Below are positions 39,229 to 48,813 of a stretch of 64,000 nucleotides of DNA, piece after piece (position 1 is the stretch's first letter; every line of letters begins with the position of its first letter). The DNA lies in contig JAADIG010000137.1 of NCBI GenBank assembly GCA_013151445.1, forward strand, positions 18,424-82,423, given 5' to 3'. Source of the DNA: Actinomycetota bacterium. Its GTDB lineage: Bacteria; Actinomycetota; Acidimicrobiia; Spongiisociales; UBA5794. Below the pieces are notes generated by a model. That model ran no database searches. It saw only the letters and a list, made by a program, of their open reading frames with translations, and was not told the origin of the DNA. Both the position numbers and the translations under genes were made by a program.

Positions 39229-40425
39229 ATGCTGATCGCCGTAGTGATTTTTGTCGTGGTCGTCACAGCGCTGGGAAGTGCCCTACTTCGCCAGCGCAAA
39301 CGTCTTGATGCCCTCCTCGCAGAGTTCGGTGGTGGACCCCGGGTTCGCTCCGACCACATCACGTCGTTACGCACCGCAATGCAACGTCGCCAAAAGGAAT
39401 ACGACGTCGTCGTCAAACAACGCGACCTGCGTCTCGTGGCCATCGGGGCGACGCCGCTCGGTATCCAGCTCTACGACAGCGAGGGTGCGGTAGTTGTGTC
39501 GAATGATGCCGCCCAGCAGTTGCTTGGATCCTCGAACGTCGCGCTGCGAGAGCGCCTCGCCGAGCTTGTGAGGCACACTCGCGAGACCGGGATCGAAATG
39601 GATGAGAGAGTGCTCACCTCGAGACCAGTCGAGCGTCTCACCAGGGTTGTTGTGCGACCGGTCGGCGACCGCGAGGGTGTCGTTGTGGCGCTCGTTGACG
39701 CGACCAAGAGTCGCCGAATAGAGAAGGTGCGCAGAGACTTTATTGCCAACGCAAGTCACGAACTCAAGACACCGATCGGTGCGTTGCGTGTGCTTGTCGA
39801 GGCCTTGGTTGCGACGTCGGATGTCGCAACCAAGGGAGCGCTGGTTGAGCGGCTGTCGTCGGAAGTGGTTCGCATGTCTGCGCTCGTTGATGACGTCCTT
39901 GACCTCGCCCGGGTCGAGTCCGATGTTGACGAGGAGGCGTTCGAACGCACAAACATCGCCGACGTTGTCCAGACGTCGCTGGCCGGATTGGCGAGCGAGT
40001 CCGACCGGTATGGCGTGAAGATCGATGTTGGTGGTATCGATCCGGATCTGTGGGTGTGTGGCGACCATCGCCAACTCGAATCTGCGATCACCAACCTCAT
40101 GGACAACGCCGTGAAATACACCGCGGCAGCTTCTCGGCGTGTACCGGTTGACGTTCAGGCACAACTCGTCGGAGACGCCGTCGTGATCACGGTAAGCGAT
40201 GCGGGCATTGGGATCCCCGAGCGTGATATCGATCGCATTTTCGAGCGGTTCTACCGAGTCGATAGGGCACGCAGCCGCGAGACTGGCGGGACCGGTCTCG
40301 GGCTCGCCATTGTCCGCCATGTCGCTCTCAATCACGGCGGTACGGTCTCGGTTGAGTCCGTCGCCGGTGAGGGAAGTACGTTCCGAATCGCACTGAAACA
40401 GGAGGGCCCGTGCTCCGCATCCTGA
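39229..40425 (+). CDS. senX3: Sensor histidine kinase SenX3/PhoR
   Basis: RRDFIANASHELKTP, NLMDNAVKY, DAGIGI, FERFYRVD, GGTGLGL; divergent from the pst operon. Confidence 0.9.
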   Translation: MLIAVVIFVVVVTALGSALLRQRKRLDALLAEFGGGPRVRSDHITSLRTAMQRRQKEYDVVVKQRDLRLVAIGATPLGIQLYDSEGAVVVSNDAAQQLLGSSNVALRERLAELVRHTRETGIEMDERVLTSRPVERLTRVVVRPVGDREGVVVALVDATKSRRIEKVRRDFIANASHELKTPIGALRVLVEALVATSDVATKGALVERLSSEVVRMSALVDDVLDLARVESDVDEEAFERTNIADVVQTSLAGLASESDRYGVKIDVGGIDPDLWVCGDHRQLESAITNLMDNAVKYTAAASRRVPVDVQAQLVGDAVVITVSDAGIGIPERDIDRIFERFYRVDRARSRETGGTGLGLAIVRHVALNHGGTVSVESVAGEGSTFRIALKQEGPCSAS

Positions 40426-41093
40426 TCGTTGAAGATGAACCGTCGTACCGCGAGGCCCTTGCCGTGGCTCTCGGAGCGGAAGGGTTTCGTGTGGAGACCG
40501 CCGCCACCGGCCGTGAGGGTGTGTCCCTGTTCCGCGCCGAGCATCCCGATATTGTGCTCCTCGATTTGATGCTTCCCGAACTCTCGGGTCTTGATGTGTT
40601 GCGGGCGATACGCGGCGAGTCCGATGTTCCGGTGATCGTCGTATCGGCCAAGGACAGTGAGAGCGACGTCGTGTCCGCGCTCGAGCTGGGTGCCGACGAC
40701 TACCTGCGCAAACCGTATTCGATCCGCGAACTGGTGGCCCGCATCAGGGTTTCGAGTCGGCGTTCACAGGCTGGCGACGTCGGTGATGATGAACCGCTGG
40801 TCTTTGGCAATGCGGTGCTGGACCCGGGTACCTACGAGGTGCGGATCGGGTCGGTAGCGATAGACCTTCCGAGGAAGGAGTTTGCCTTGCTTCGTCAGCT
40901 AATGGAGCGCAGCGGGCGCATCGTAGCGAGAGAGATGTTGCTGGAGTCGGTGTGGGGGATTCATTGGACCGACTCCAAGACGCTTGACCAGCATGTTCGC
41001 CGGTTACGGCGGAAATTCGAGGGTGCCGAGGGCGCCCCCGAGATCGTCACGGTCAGGGGTGTCGGGTACCGCCTCACGCATCCGGAGCAGTAA
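40410..41093 (+). CDS. regX3: OmpR-family response regulator RegX3/PhoP
   Basis: ILIVEDE, LLDLMLP, GADDY..KPY, SKTLDQHVRRLR, TVRGVGY. Confidence 0.9.
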   Translation: MLRILIVEDEPSYREALAVALGAEGFRVETAATGREGVSLFRAEHPDIVLLDLMLPELSGLDVLRAIRGESDVPVIVVSAKDSESDVVSALELGADDYLRKPYSIRELVARIRVSSRRSQAGDVGDDEPLVFGNAVLDPGTYEVRIGSVAIDLPRKEFALLRQLMERSGRIVAREMLLESVWGIHWTDSKTLDQHVRRLRRKFEGAEGAPEIVTVRGVGYRLTHPEQ

Positions 41094-41117
41094 CCAGAGC
41101 GTCGCCCATCCACGGGA

Positions 41118-41145
41118 GAAGCCCCCGGGATAACCCGGGGGCTTC
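41118..41145. terminator. Hairpin between convergent regX3 and ahpE
   Basis: 12-bp perfect stem GAAGCCCCCGGG-ATAA-CCCGGGGGCTTC. Confidence 0.7.
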
Positions 41146-41167
41146 CATGTTGAACTGGACTGCGTGG

Positions 41168-41629
41168 TCAGGAGAGTTTTGCGAGCGCCTCGGTATACGC
41201 GGAGAACTCGCGACCCTCACCGAGAGAGTCGGTGTTGATGACTTCGCGCACGACACCCTCGGCGTCGAGGATAAAGCTGTACCGGTTGGCGACACCGACG
41301 GCGTCGTTGAACACGCCGTACGCCTTGCTGACCTCACCGTGGGGCCAATAGTCCGCCAGGACGGGGAAGGTGAAACCTTCCTTCTCGCTCCACGCACCGT
41401 TGGTGAAGAACGTCTGGCAGGTGATCGCAACTACCTGGGTATCGAGATCGTTGAGGGCGGAGAGACTGTCGCGAATTGCGCAGAGCTCACCAGTGCAGAT
41501 ACCGGAGAACGCAAACGGGATGAACACGATGAGAGTGTTCCGACCCTTGAGGTCTTCGAGGCTGACCTCGGTTTTGTCGGGTGCGAGCAGGGTGAATGGT
41601 GGTGCGGGGGAACCGACAGTTGCAGCCAT
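41168..41629 (-). CDS. ahpE: Peroxiredoxin AhpE-type
   Basis: PFAFSGICTGELC, LADYWPHGEVSKAYGVF; start ATG 41629 after AAAGGA. Confidence 0.88.
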   Translation of the reverse strand: MAATVGSPAPPFTLLAPDKTEVSLEDLKGRNTLIVFIPFAFSGICTGELCAIRDSLSALNDLDTQVVAITCQTFFTNGAWSEKEGFTFPVLADYWPHGEVSKAYGVFNDAVGVANRYSFILDAEGVVREVINTDSLGEGREFSAYTEALAKLS

Positions 41630-41695
41630 GGTGCGTTTTCCTTTTTTTGTGGGTTGATCCGGGATGGTACCCCGATGTCTTCCAGTCATGAACGT

Positions 41696-41751
41696 TCCTG
41701 TTCTGGCGTCCATTTGGGCCGTATACCGCCCAAATGGACGCCAGAACAGGA
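41696..41751. repeat. Intergenic palindromic repeat family, copy B
   Basis: 24-bp perfect stem; core GTTCTGGCGTCCATTTGGGC-CGTATACC-GCCCAAATGGACGCCAGAAC is 48 nt (41700-41747). Confidence 0.8.
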
Positions 41752-41759
41752 GGTTGGCG

Positions 41760-42854
41760 CTATTCGAGGTCGATGTCGGGCAGATAGTTGCGGGCAACCC
41801 AACCGACAGGATCGGTGAGCTCGTCAGCCGTTGGCACCGACGCCGCCGATGACCACAGCTGGTCAAGCGATTCGACCCCCCAATTGTCAACGAGCTCGCG
41901 CACGAGCCGACCGGCGTCGGCGGCAAGCCCGCGATCGAATCGCAAACCGATCATCGCGCCGATCCCGTCGTCGGCTTGTCCGGGTTCGGAGCGGCGCAGG
42001 GTGTGAGCGTCGACGATCCGGGCTAGAGACGGGAGCATGTCGGAGGCCGCATCGTTAATGACAACATCGACAAAACCCTCAATTGTTGCGAGGAGACCCT
42101 GGACCTTCTTCAGCTTGGCCGTGTCGTATGTTGCCCCGAGCAACTGCCCGATACCTGCATCACCCGACAGCAAACCCTCAAGATCCATGGCTCCGCCGGC
42201 GCCGGCCGCGGCGTCGGTTAGGCGTGACATGTCAAACTCCACCGATTCGAGGAACTCGACCACGATGGTCCGCACAAGGTCTTCAACGCCGGGTTTGGCG
42301 AGCAATGACCGATAGGCGACCGCACGGAGTGACGCCCAGAATCGCACCTCGCGAGCATCGAGTTCGTATTCCTCGGCGAACGCCTCAATAGCTGGGATGA
42401 CGAGCACGGCATTCTTCTGGCCAAGCGCCGGAAGACCCGTATCGAACTGACCGAGGACCCGGTGCGACATGAAACCGACCATCGTGCCGGACTGCATGCC
42501 GGCAAGCGCCGGTCCGAGTGGTCCCATCATTGCGGCCATCGGCCCCTCTGCCATGGCCGACATGCGTTGCGCCAACGGCAGGATGAACCATTCGAATGAC
42601 CGTTCGTTGAGCTCGGCCCACGTTCGCCGGTCGACGGGCTGGAGAAGGTCCGAGGTCACCGTCGTCAGCAACCCGGTTCCCTGCATCTTGAGCTCGGCGG
42701 CACCAGCAAGGTCGAGATACTCCTCGGCCACCCTTGGTTCGATGAGATCTGGTTCACCGACGATGCTCTTCATTACCTCGTTGCCAAGCTGCCAGTTCAC
42801 CGGACCAGATGACTGGAACAGTTCAAACAGCTTGTCGAAGATGCTGTCACTCAC
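41760..42854 (-). CDS. Zincin_2/DUF2342-like protein with degenerate HExxH
   Basis: SGPVNWQL, GFMSHRVLGQFD, LATIEGFVDVV, PTADELTDPVGW; LRAVAY where the family has a HE..H motif. Confidence 0.75.
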   Translation of the reverse strand: MSDSIFDKLFELFQSSGPVNWQLGNEVMKSIVGEPDLIEPRVAEEYLDLAGAAELKMQGTGLLTTVTSDLLQPVDRRTWAELNERSFEWFILPLAQRMSAMAEGPMAAMMGPLGPALAGMQSGTMVGFMSHRVLGQFDTGLPALGQKNAVLVIPAIEAFAEEYELDAREVRFWASLRAVAYRSLLAKPGVEDLVRTIVVEFLESVEFDMSRLTDAAAGAGGAMDLEGLLSGDAGIGQLLGATYDTAKLKKVQGLLATIEGFVDVVINDAASDMLPSLARIVDAHTLRRSEPGQADDGIGAMIGLRFDRGLAADAGRLVRELVDNWGVESLDQLWSSAASVPTADELTDPVGWVARNYLPDIDLE

Positions 42855-44491
42855 AGGTCGTCAGGGCGCTCACCCAATATCACGGGCACCGTGACCTCCT
42901 CGCCGTTGCGAATTACGTCTACCTGGATGGTGTCACCCACGGAGTAAAAGCGCAAGGCAATTATCAACGAGTCCATCGTCCGGTACTCGACACCGTCGAC
43001 GGCGATGATCGTGTCGCCAATCTGGAGACCGGCCGTCTCCGCAGCGCTGTCGGGTGCGAAGTCCACGATCTCTGCACCGCTTGGTCGCATGGAGCCATCC
43101 TCAAGATCCGCGACGTAGGTCGATCCGATGATCCCGAGGAACGCGTGGCGAACCGTGCCGGTGGCTCGCAGTTCGTCGATGATTCGCGTCATCACCTCGA
43201 CTGGTGTCGCAAACCCGATGCCTTCGGGGCCACGGTCGCTCACCGCAACCGCGGTCACGATGCCAATGAGTTCACCACGGTCATTCACCAGGGCTCCACC
43301 CGATGATCCCGGGTTGATAGCAGCGTCGGTCTGCAACATGCCAAACAGCTGGTTCGAGGACGTGTTGACCTCGCGGTCAAACGCCGAGATGACGCCGACA
43401 CTCAACGAGGGACCTCCCACGAGTGCGAGCGGACTCCCGATGGCAATCGCCTTCGAGCCGATGCTGAGTTCGCTCGTGTTGCCGATCGCGATGGGGGTGA
43501 GACCGGTAGCTTCGATACGGACCAATGCAAGGTCGGTGATAGCGTCCGTGCCTTCGACGGTTGCATCGAAGATGCGTCCATCAAAAAGTGTCACCCGCAC
43601 CGCCGTTGATCCTTCAACGACATGGTTGTTGGTGACGATGAGACCGCCGGCATCGATGATGACTCCAGAACCCGAAGCCACGGCCGAGAACTCGCCGTCC
43701 ACCTCTTGGCCGACCTCGATCGCCACGACTGAGGGCACAACACGGTTGCCCACCTGCACGGGGTCATAACCGCCGACGGGCGTCTGGCCCGGCGCCAGGG
43801 TTGCGACAGGGGCCGCCGAGGGAGCGGCGGTGACGGCGGGGACGCCGGGACTCGCCGGGTCGTCAAACGCACCGAACGCCCACATGCCGCCGAGCATGAG
43901 CAATGCACCGAGCATCGATGCAACGAGGGTGAGACCAAAGATCACACCACGGCCGGGTCCGGTGGATCCCTTCGATGAACTTGGCGTAGGTACGTTCGGG
44001 GTTCGATAGCCGACCGAGTCGGTGGCGTCCTCGGTGGGGGGAAGTGTGCGGACGATCGCACCGTAGTCGGCAGGAGCGGTAGGGTCGGGAGTCCGAGTCG
44101 GATCGAGTTCGCGCTGGGTGATGCCAGCCTCGGACAGGACACTGCCGAGCGGTGTGGTGGTGTCGAGGTCCGCAGGGAATGCACGCGGTGTTGGCGGCGG
44201 GTTCACACCGGCATCGACAGTTCCTGCATCGGTGGTTGCCGTGTCAGGCGGAGTTCCAAGTGGTGGTGGGGAGGTGGCGTTCGAGGCGTTCTGCGCATCC
44301 GATGTCGCTGCGTCCACGGTGTCGGTGGTCGGTGCAGGGGCGGTGAGGTCGGACGGGTCGTCGCCGGGGACACTCTCGTCGTGTCCTGGGAGGAGTTCGG
44401 CTGTCGGTGGTTGGGTCTCCGGAGAATCTGTGAAGGAGGTGTCTTCGCTCTCCGGGTTCGTCGCGTCGTGGGGATCAGATGTAGTGTTCAT
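42851..44491 (-). CDS. htrA: HtrA-like serine protease (disordered N-terminus, TM, trypsin, PDZ)
   Basis: GSGVI, TNNHVV, DLALV, QTDAAINPGSSGGAL, C-terminal PDZ. Confidence 0.92.
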   Translation of the reverse strand: MNTTSDPHDATNPESEDTSFTDSPETQPPTAELLPGHDESVPGDDPSDLTAPAPTTDTVDAATSDAQNASNATSPPPLGTPPDTATTDAGTVDAGVNPPPTPRAFPADLDTTTPLGSVLSEAGITQRELDPTRTPDPTAPADYGAIVRTLPPTEDATDSVGYRTPNVPTPSSSKGSTGPGRGVIFGLTLVASMLGALLMLGGMWAFGAFDDPASPGVPAVTAAPSAAPVATLAPGQTPVGGYDPVQVGNRVVPSVVAIEVGQEVDGEFSAVASGSGVIIDAGGLIVTNNHVVEGSTAVRVTLFDGRIFDATVEGTDAITDLALVRIEATGLTPIAIGNTSELSIGSKAIAIGSPLALVGGPSLSVGVISAFDREVNTSSNQLFGMLQTDAAINPGSSGGALVNDRGELIGIVTAVAVSDRGPEGIGFATPVEVMTRIIDELRATGTVRHAFLGIIGSTYVADLEDGSMRPSGAEIVDFAPDSAAETAGLQIGDTIIAVDGVEYRTMDSLIIALRFYSVGDTIQVDVIRNGEEVTVPVILGERPDDL

Positions 44492-44523
44492 AACCCAAAC
44501 AATTGTACCGAGGGCACGAATTA

Positions 44524-44979
44524 ATGAACCCGTTCGACCGGGACACCGTGGTCGTCAGCCATGAGCAAATCGATGTCACCGCCATGCTCGCCGCGATCGG
44601 TGATGATCGGGCGGGTGCCTCGGTCGTCTTTTCCGGGATGGTTCGGAATCACGCTCCGGGAAAAACCGACATCAGTCACCTTGAGTATGAGGCGTATGTC
44701 GGTGTTGTTGAAGTCAAGATCGCCGAGATTATTGCCGAGGCTGCTGCCCGCTGGGATGTTCTCGAAGTGAGGGCCGCACATCGTCTCGGCGAACTTGGAA
44801 TCCGTGACGTTTCGGTTGCGGTGGCTGTCTCGTCTGCCCATCGAGCGGAGTCGTTCGAAGCCGCCCGTTACGTGATCGACGAGCTGAAGAAACGCGCTCC
44901 GATCTGGAAGAAGGAGCACTGGCCCGGCGGTGCCGAATGGGTTCGCGAGGACCACTCCAACCAGGATCTGAGCAGCTAG
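44524..44979 (+). CDS. moaE: Molybdopterin synthase large subunit
   Basis: GASVVFSGMVR, LEYEAY, HRLGEL, SSAHR, PIWKKE. Confidence 0.93.
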   Translation: MNPFDRDTVVVSHEQIDVTAMLAAIGDDRAGASVVFSGMVRNHAPGKTDISHLEYEAYVGVVEVKIAEIIAEAAARWDVLEVRAAHRLGELGIRDVSVAVAVSSAHRAESFEAARYVIDELKKRAPIWKKEHWPGGAEWVREDHSNQDLSS

Positions 44980-44995
44980 CCGGGCACTGGTGGGT

Positions 44996-45487
44996 TCAGT
45001 CGGCGAGTTCGATCGCATACCCGATAAGCGATACATCGGGAACCGGCTCCCAGTCTCGACGGGTGTCTCTGACGAACCCCAAACTGCGATAGAGAGACTG
45101 TGCCACCACCATTGCATCCAGGGTGAAAAGAATGACACGCTGACGGCCTGCTGTGCGAGCCGCCATGACACAGGCCTCGGTGAGAGCTCTCCCTATTCCG
45201 CGACCCTGGTACGCAACATCGACGGCGAGCATCCGGATTCCGGCGGCATCGGGGTCGTCGAATTCTGCTTCCTCCGACGTTGGATCGGAGACAAAGGTGA
45301 CGGTCCCCACGAGTACACCCTCGTCTTCGGCCACAAGGACACGATTCGATTGAGCGCGCCGAGCAACATTCATGAGCACACCGCGGTAGTCGTCGCGTAG
45401 TTCGAGGTTCGGAAGGTTGGCGTAGGCGCGAACCGTCAGTTCTCCTATCTCGTCGAATTCACTTTCTACGGCGTCTCGGATCAACAT
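44996..45487 (-). CDS. GNAT acetyltransferase
   Basis: RMLAVDVAYQGRGIGRAL, AQSLYRSLGF. Confidence 0.9.
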   Translation of the reverse strand: MLIRDAVESEFDEIGELTVRAYANLPNLELRDDYRGVLMNVARRAQSNRVLVAEDEGVLVGTVTFVSDPTSEEAEFDDPDAAGIRMLAVDVAYQGRGIGRALTEACVMAARTAGRQRVILFTLDAMVVAQSLYRSLGFVRDTRRDWEPVPDVSLIGYAIELAD

Positions 45488-45489
45488 GG

Positions 45490-46128
45490 TTACGTCTCGG
45501 ACTCCTTTCTTGCCGGTGCTGAGAGCTCGAGCGGTTCCCAGTCTGGTGTGGGCCGCCCGACAACCATTTCGGCGGCCTCTCGGACCATGGGGTTCGTGTC
45601 GCGGGCCGCGGCTCGCAGCGCCGTCTCCACCTCGTCACCATCGAAGACGGTGAGGGCTACCACGGAGCGACGACGTACCTGCGGCGGCCCCGACGCCACG
45701 AGGTCCAGAAGAACAGGCAGCGCATCGACATGGCCGTTCGCACCTAATGCGGCGACCGCGGATTCCCGGATCAATTTTGTTGACCCGTTGTAGGCAAGGT
45801 CGATGAGTGGAGCAACTGCGCGTTCGTCGTTGCGCTCACCGAGTGCCGTCACGACCGCTTCGACGACCACCTCTTCCGGATCGTCCAGGGCCGCCAGAAG
45901 GGTCTCCGTCCGGTCAAGTCGGGACAGGCCGATACATTCGGCGGCCTCGGCGCGGATGCGCGGATCGCGGTCGTGCGACAGCATCTCGCAGAACCGGTTG
46001 ATGACGTCGGGATCTGACGAACCAGCGAGAAGTGACACGGCCAACCGCCTCAGGTCAGAGTCACCGTCATCGAGAAACGTCTCGGGTTCATCCAGGAGCT
46101 TCGTGAGTCGATCGCGCAGGCTTGCCAT
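45490..46128 (-). CDS. HEAT/PBS-lyase repeat protein
   Basis: Repeated D....VR..A..ALG helical units; TACCCT -10 six nt upstream of ATG. Confidence 0.85.
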   Translation of the reverse strand: MASLRDRLTKLLDEPETFLDDGDSDLRRLAVSLLAGSSDPDVINRFCEMLSHDRDPRIRAEAAECIGLSRLDRTETLLAALDDPEEVVVEAVVTALGERNDERAVAPLIDLAYNGSTKLIRESAVAALGANGHVDALPVLLDLVASGPPQVRRRSVVALTVFDGDEVETALRAAARDTNPMVREAAEMVVGRPTPDWEPLELSAPARKESET

Positions 46129-46489
46129 ATCCGGAGGGTAACAAAGTAGATCGGGACATTCCGGGGTCTTCGTCGGATCGGTCCATCCTGGTTGCTCCGT
46201 GATGCTGCCTGGCGCTCATACTCCGATGGGGTACTCGTGTTGTGGACGCCAGTAACCTCCCCGCGAGTACCGTTGAGCATCGTCGGTACCACGGTCTCGA
46301 GAGCACGCCAGGTTCCGCCGCCGGGCGCCATCGTGTCTCGTTCCACGGATCCGTGGGTTGGAGCAGAGTGAAACAACCGGGTAGCGTTCGACTGCATTCC
46401 AACGAGAATTGATACGACACGTCTGGCAACGAACACCCACCGCGCAAGGTGAGCGGGGAAACCGACGACTACGAACACGTGAGGACGTA

Positions 46490-47284
46490 ATGGTTGAAGA
46501 TCATCTTCTATCGGGCCGCAACGCCGGTGTGCTCACAATTACTCTGAACCGTCCGGATCGGTTGAACGCCTTCACCGCGGCGATGACCGCTGAGCTCCAC
46601 GAGCTGCTGCGCGATGCCGGTAGCGATCCGGCGGTCCGCTGTGTTGTCGTGACCGGCGCCGGCCGCGCTTTCTCGGCGGGTCAAGACCTTCAGGATCGGA
46701 CCGTCACGAGCGATGACGACGAACCACCAAACCTGTATGAGTCACTCGAGGAGCGTTACAACCCGATCGTGCGAGCCATCACCGCGATGTCGAAACCGGT
46801 CATTGCGGCCGTGAACGGCGTTGCCGCTGGTGCGGGCGCAAACCTCGCACTCGCCTGCGACCTGGTCTATGCGGCACGGTCAGCGAAGTTCATCCAGGCA
46901 TTTTCGAAGATTGGCCTCATCCCCGACAGCGGGGGAACGTGGACACTTCCGCGACTCGTCGGCTCCGCCCGGGCAAAGGGGCTTGCGTTGCTGGCGGAAC
47001 CGTTGTCCGCTGAGCAGGCCGCCGAATGGGGAATGATCTGGGCGGTCGTCGACGATGATGAACTTCACGAAACCGTGATGACCTCCGCCGCTACCCTCGC
47101 GACCGGACCGACTCTTGGTTACGCCAAACTCAAGGAACTGCTTGCAGGGTCCTACGGCCGATCACTCGATGATCAGCTCGACCGGGAACGCGACATGCAG
47201 GACCTTCTGGGCCGTTCCGCAGATTACCGCGAGGGCGTACGTGCTTTTTTTGACAAACGACCACCGAACTTCACGGGATCCTGA
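46490..47284 (+). CDS. paaG: 2-(1,2-epoxy-1,2-dihydrophenyl)acetyl-CoA isomerase (crotonase family)
   Basis: LNRPDRLNAF, FSAGQDL, AAGAGANLALACD, GLIPDSGGTW, LSAEQAAEWGMIW; first gene of the paa run. Confidence 0.85.
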   Translation: MVEDHLLSGRNAGVLTITLNRPDRLNAFTAAMTAELHELLRDAGSDPAVRCVVVTGAGRAFSAGQDLQDRTVTSDDDEPPNLYESLEERYNPIVRAITAMSKPVIAAVNGVAAGAGANLALACDLVYAARSAKFIQAFSKIGLIPDSGGTWTLPRLVGSARAKGLALLAEPLSAEQAAEWGMIWAVVDDDELHETVMTSAATLATGPTLGYAKLKELLAGSYGRSLDDQLDRERDMQDLLGRSADYREGVRAFFDKRPPNFTGS

Positions 47285-48813
47285 TGGGTGCACTTACGTC
47301 TGAGAGCGTTGTCGGCGTCGTAGGAGCCGGGACCATGGGGGCGGGTATTGCCCATGTGGCGGCCGCCGCCGGTCACCGGGTCATCATCTTTGATCAGGAC
47401 AAAGGTGTCGCCGAGCGCGCCATTGCGGGGATTGCAGCCCGTCTTGAGAGAAGCGTCGAGCGGGGCAGAATCGACGAGGAGTTGGCGAACCAGACGAACC
47501 GAAACCTGACCGCCGCGGCGTCGATCAACGACCTCAGCGAGTGTCGGTTGGTGATCGAGGCAATCGTCGAAAACCTGGGCATTAAACGACTCGTACTCGG
47601 TGAGATCGAGAAGATGGTCAGCAACGATGCCATCCTTGCAACCAACACATCCTCCCTCTCGGTCACCGCGATCGCCGCCGAGCTCGAACGACCGGAACAG
47701 TGTGTTGGAATGCACTTTTTCAATCCGGCGCCAGTGATGCGCCTCGTCGAGATTGTTCACGGTGCCGTCACCGACTCGGAGGTGGCAGCGACTGCGTTCG
47801 AAACTGCACAGGCGTGGGGCAAGACGGCGGTACACACCAAGTCATCTCCGGGGTTCATCGTGAACCGCGTCGCCCGGCCCTACTACGGCGAGGCGCTACG
47901 TCTGCTCTCGGAGGGGGCAGCCAATGTTGTAACCCTGGACGCCGTGTACACCGAGTGCGGTGCGTGGCGGATGGGACCCTTCTCGCTGCTGGACCTCATC
48001 GGTCTTGATGTCAACCTTGACGTTTCCAAGTCCGTGTTCGATGCCACGTTCAATGACCCACGTTTTGCCCCGTCGTTTGTCCAACAGTCGCTCGTCGATG
48101 CGGGTCACCTCGGGCGTAAGACAGGCCGCGGGTTCTACGAGTACGGACCCGATGCGGTTGAGCCCGAACCCGCGACCGCCCCCGATCACGGGCTCGACAA
48201 GGAAGTCGTTGTTCACGGTGACCCGGGTCCCCTCGGTGCGCTCGTCGATCGATGGTCGATGCGCGGTATTTCGATCACCCATGTCGCCGGTGACGGGTTG
48301 ATTTCGGTCGGCGATATTCAGCTCCGTCTCACCGACGGTCGGCCAGCCACCGAACTCGTTGACGTCGGCCTTGCGCCACCGAACACGGCCGTCATCGACT
48401 GGGTGCATGATTGGGTCACAACATCGCGTGTCTGCATCGCGGCAGCGTCGACCTGTTCACGTAGTTCGCTCGGCACCCTGGTCGGGGCCCTGCAGGCCGC
48501 CGGTTTTCGGGTGACCGTGATCGAAGATACCCCTGGCCTGGTTGTAGCCCGCACACTTTCGACCCTGGCCTCCGTCGCCGGCGACACGGTGTTGCACGGC
48601 ATTGCGTCGGTGGATGCGATCGACACCGCGATGCGGCTCGGCACGAACTACCCGTCAGGTCCCTTGCAGTGGGCGGCTCGGATTGGTTTTGGTCGGGTCG
48701 TTGAAGTTCTTGACCACCTCGTCGCGGCGTACGGTGAGGAGCGGTATCGGGCATCCCTCTGGCTGCGCCGGGCCAGCCAGGGCGAGCGCCTAACACGAAG
48801 GTTTGCACCATGA
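47284..48813 (+). CDS. paaH: 3-hydroxyacyl-CoA dehydrogenase PaaH
   Basis: GAGTMGAG, NTSSLS, GMHFFNPAP, PGFIVNR, LGRKTGRGFY, duplicated C-terminal domain. Confidence 0.9.
   Translation: MGALTSESVVGVVGAGTMGAGIAHVAAAAGHRVIIFDQDKGVAERAIAGIAARLERSVERGRIDEELANQTNRNLTAAASINDLSECRLVIEAIVENLGIKRLVLGEIEKMVSNDAILATNTSSLSVTAIAAELERPEQCVGMHFFNPAPVMRLVEIVHGAVTDSEVAATAFETAQAWGKTAVHTKSSPGFIVNRVARPYYGEALRLLSEGAANVVTLDAVYTECGAWRMGPFSLLDLIGLDVNLDVSKSVFDATFNDPRFAPSFVQQSLVDAGHLGRKTGRGFYEYGPDAVEPEPATAPDHGLDKEVVVHGDPGPLGALVDRWSMRGISITHVAGDGLISVGDIQLRLTDGRPATELVDVGLAPPNTAVIDWVHDWVTTSRVCIAAASTCSRSSLGTLVGALQAAGFRVTVIEDTPGLVVARTLSTLASVAGDTVLHGIASVDAIDTAMRLGTNYPSGPLQWAARIGFGRVVEVLDHLVAAYGEERYRASLWLRRASQGERLTRRFAP

Noticed and set aside
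43290-43320. HtrA GSSGG instead of GNSGG as a sign of inactivity
   Set aside because: The catalytic His, Asp and Ser are all present.
46209-46252. CTGGCG...GGACGCCAG as a degenerate repeat copy
   Set aside because: Only about 6 bp of terminal pairing and no interior symmetry.
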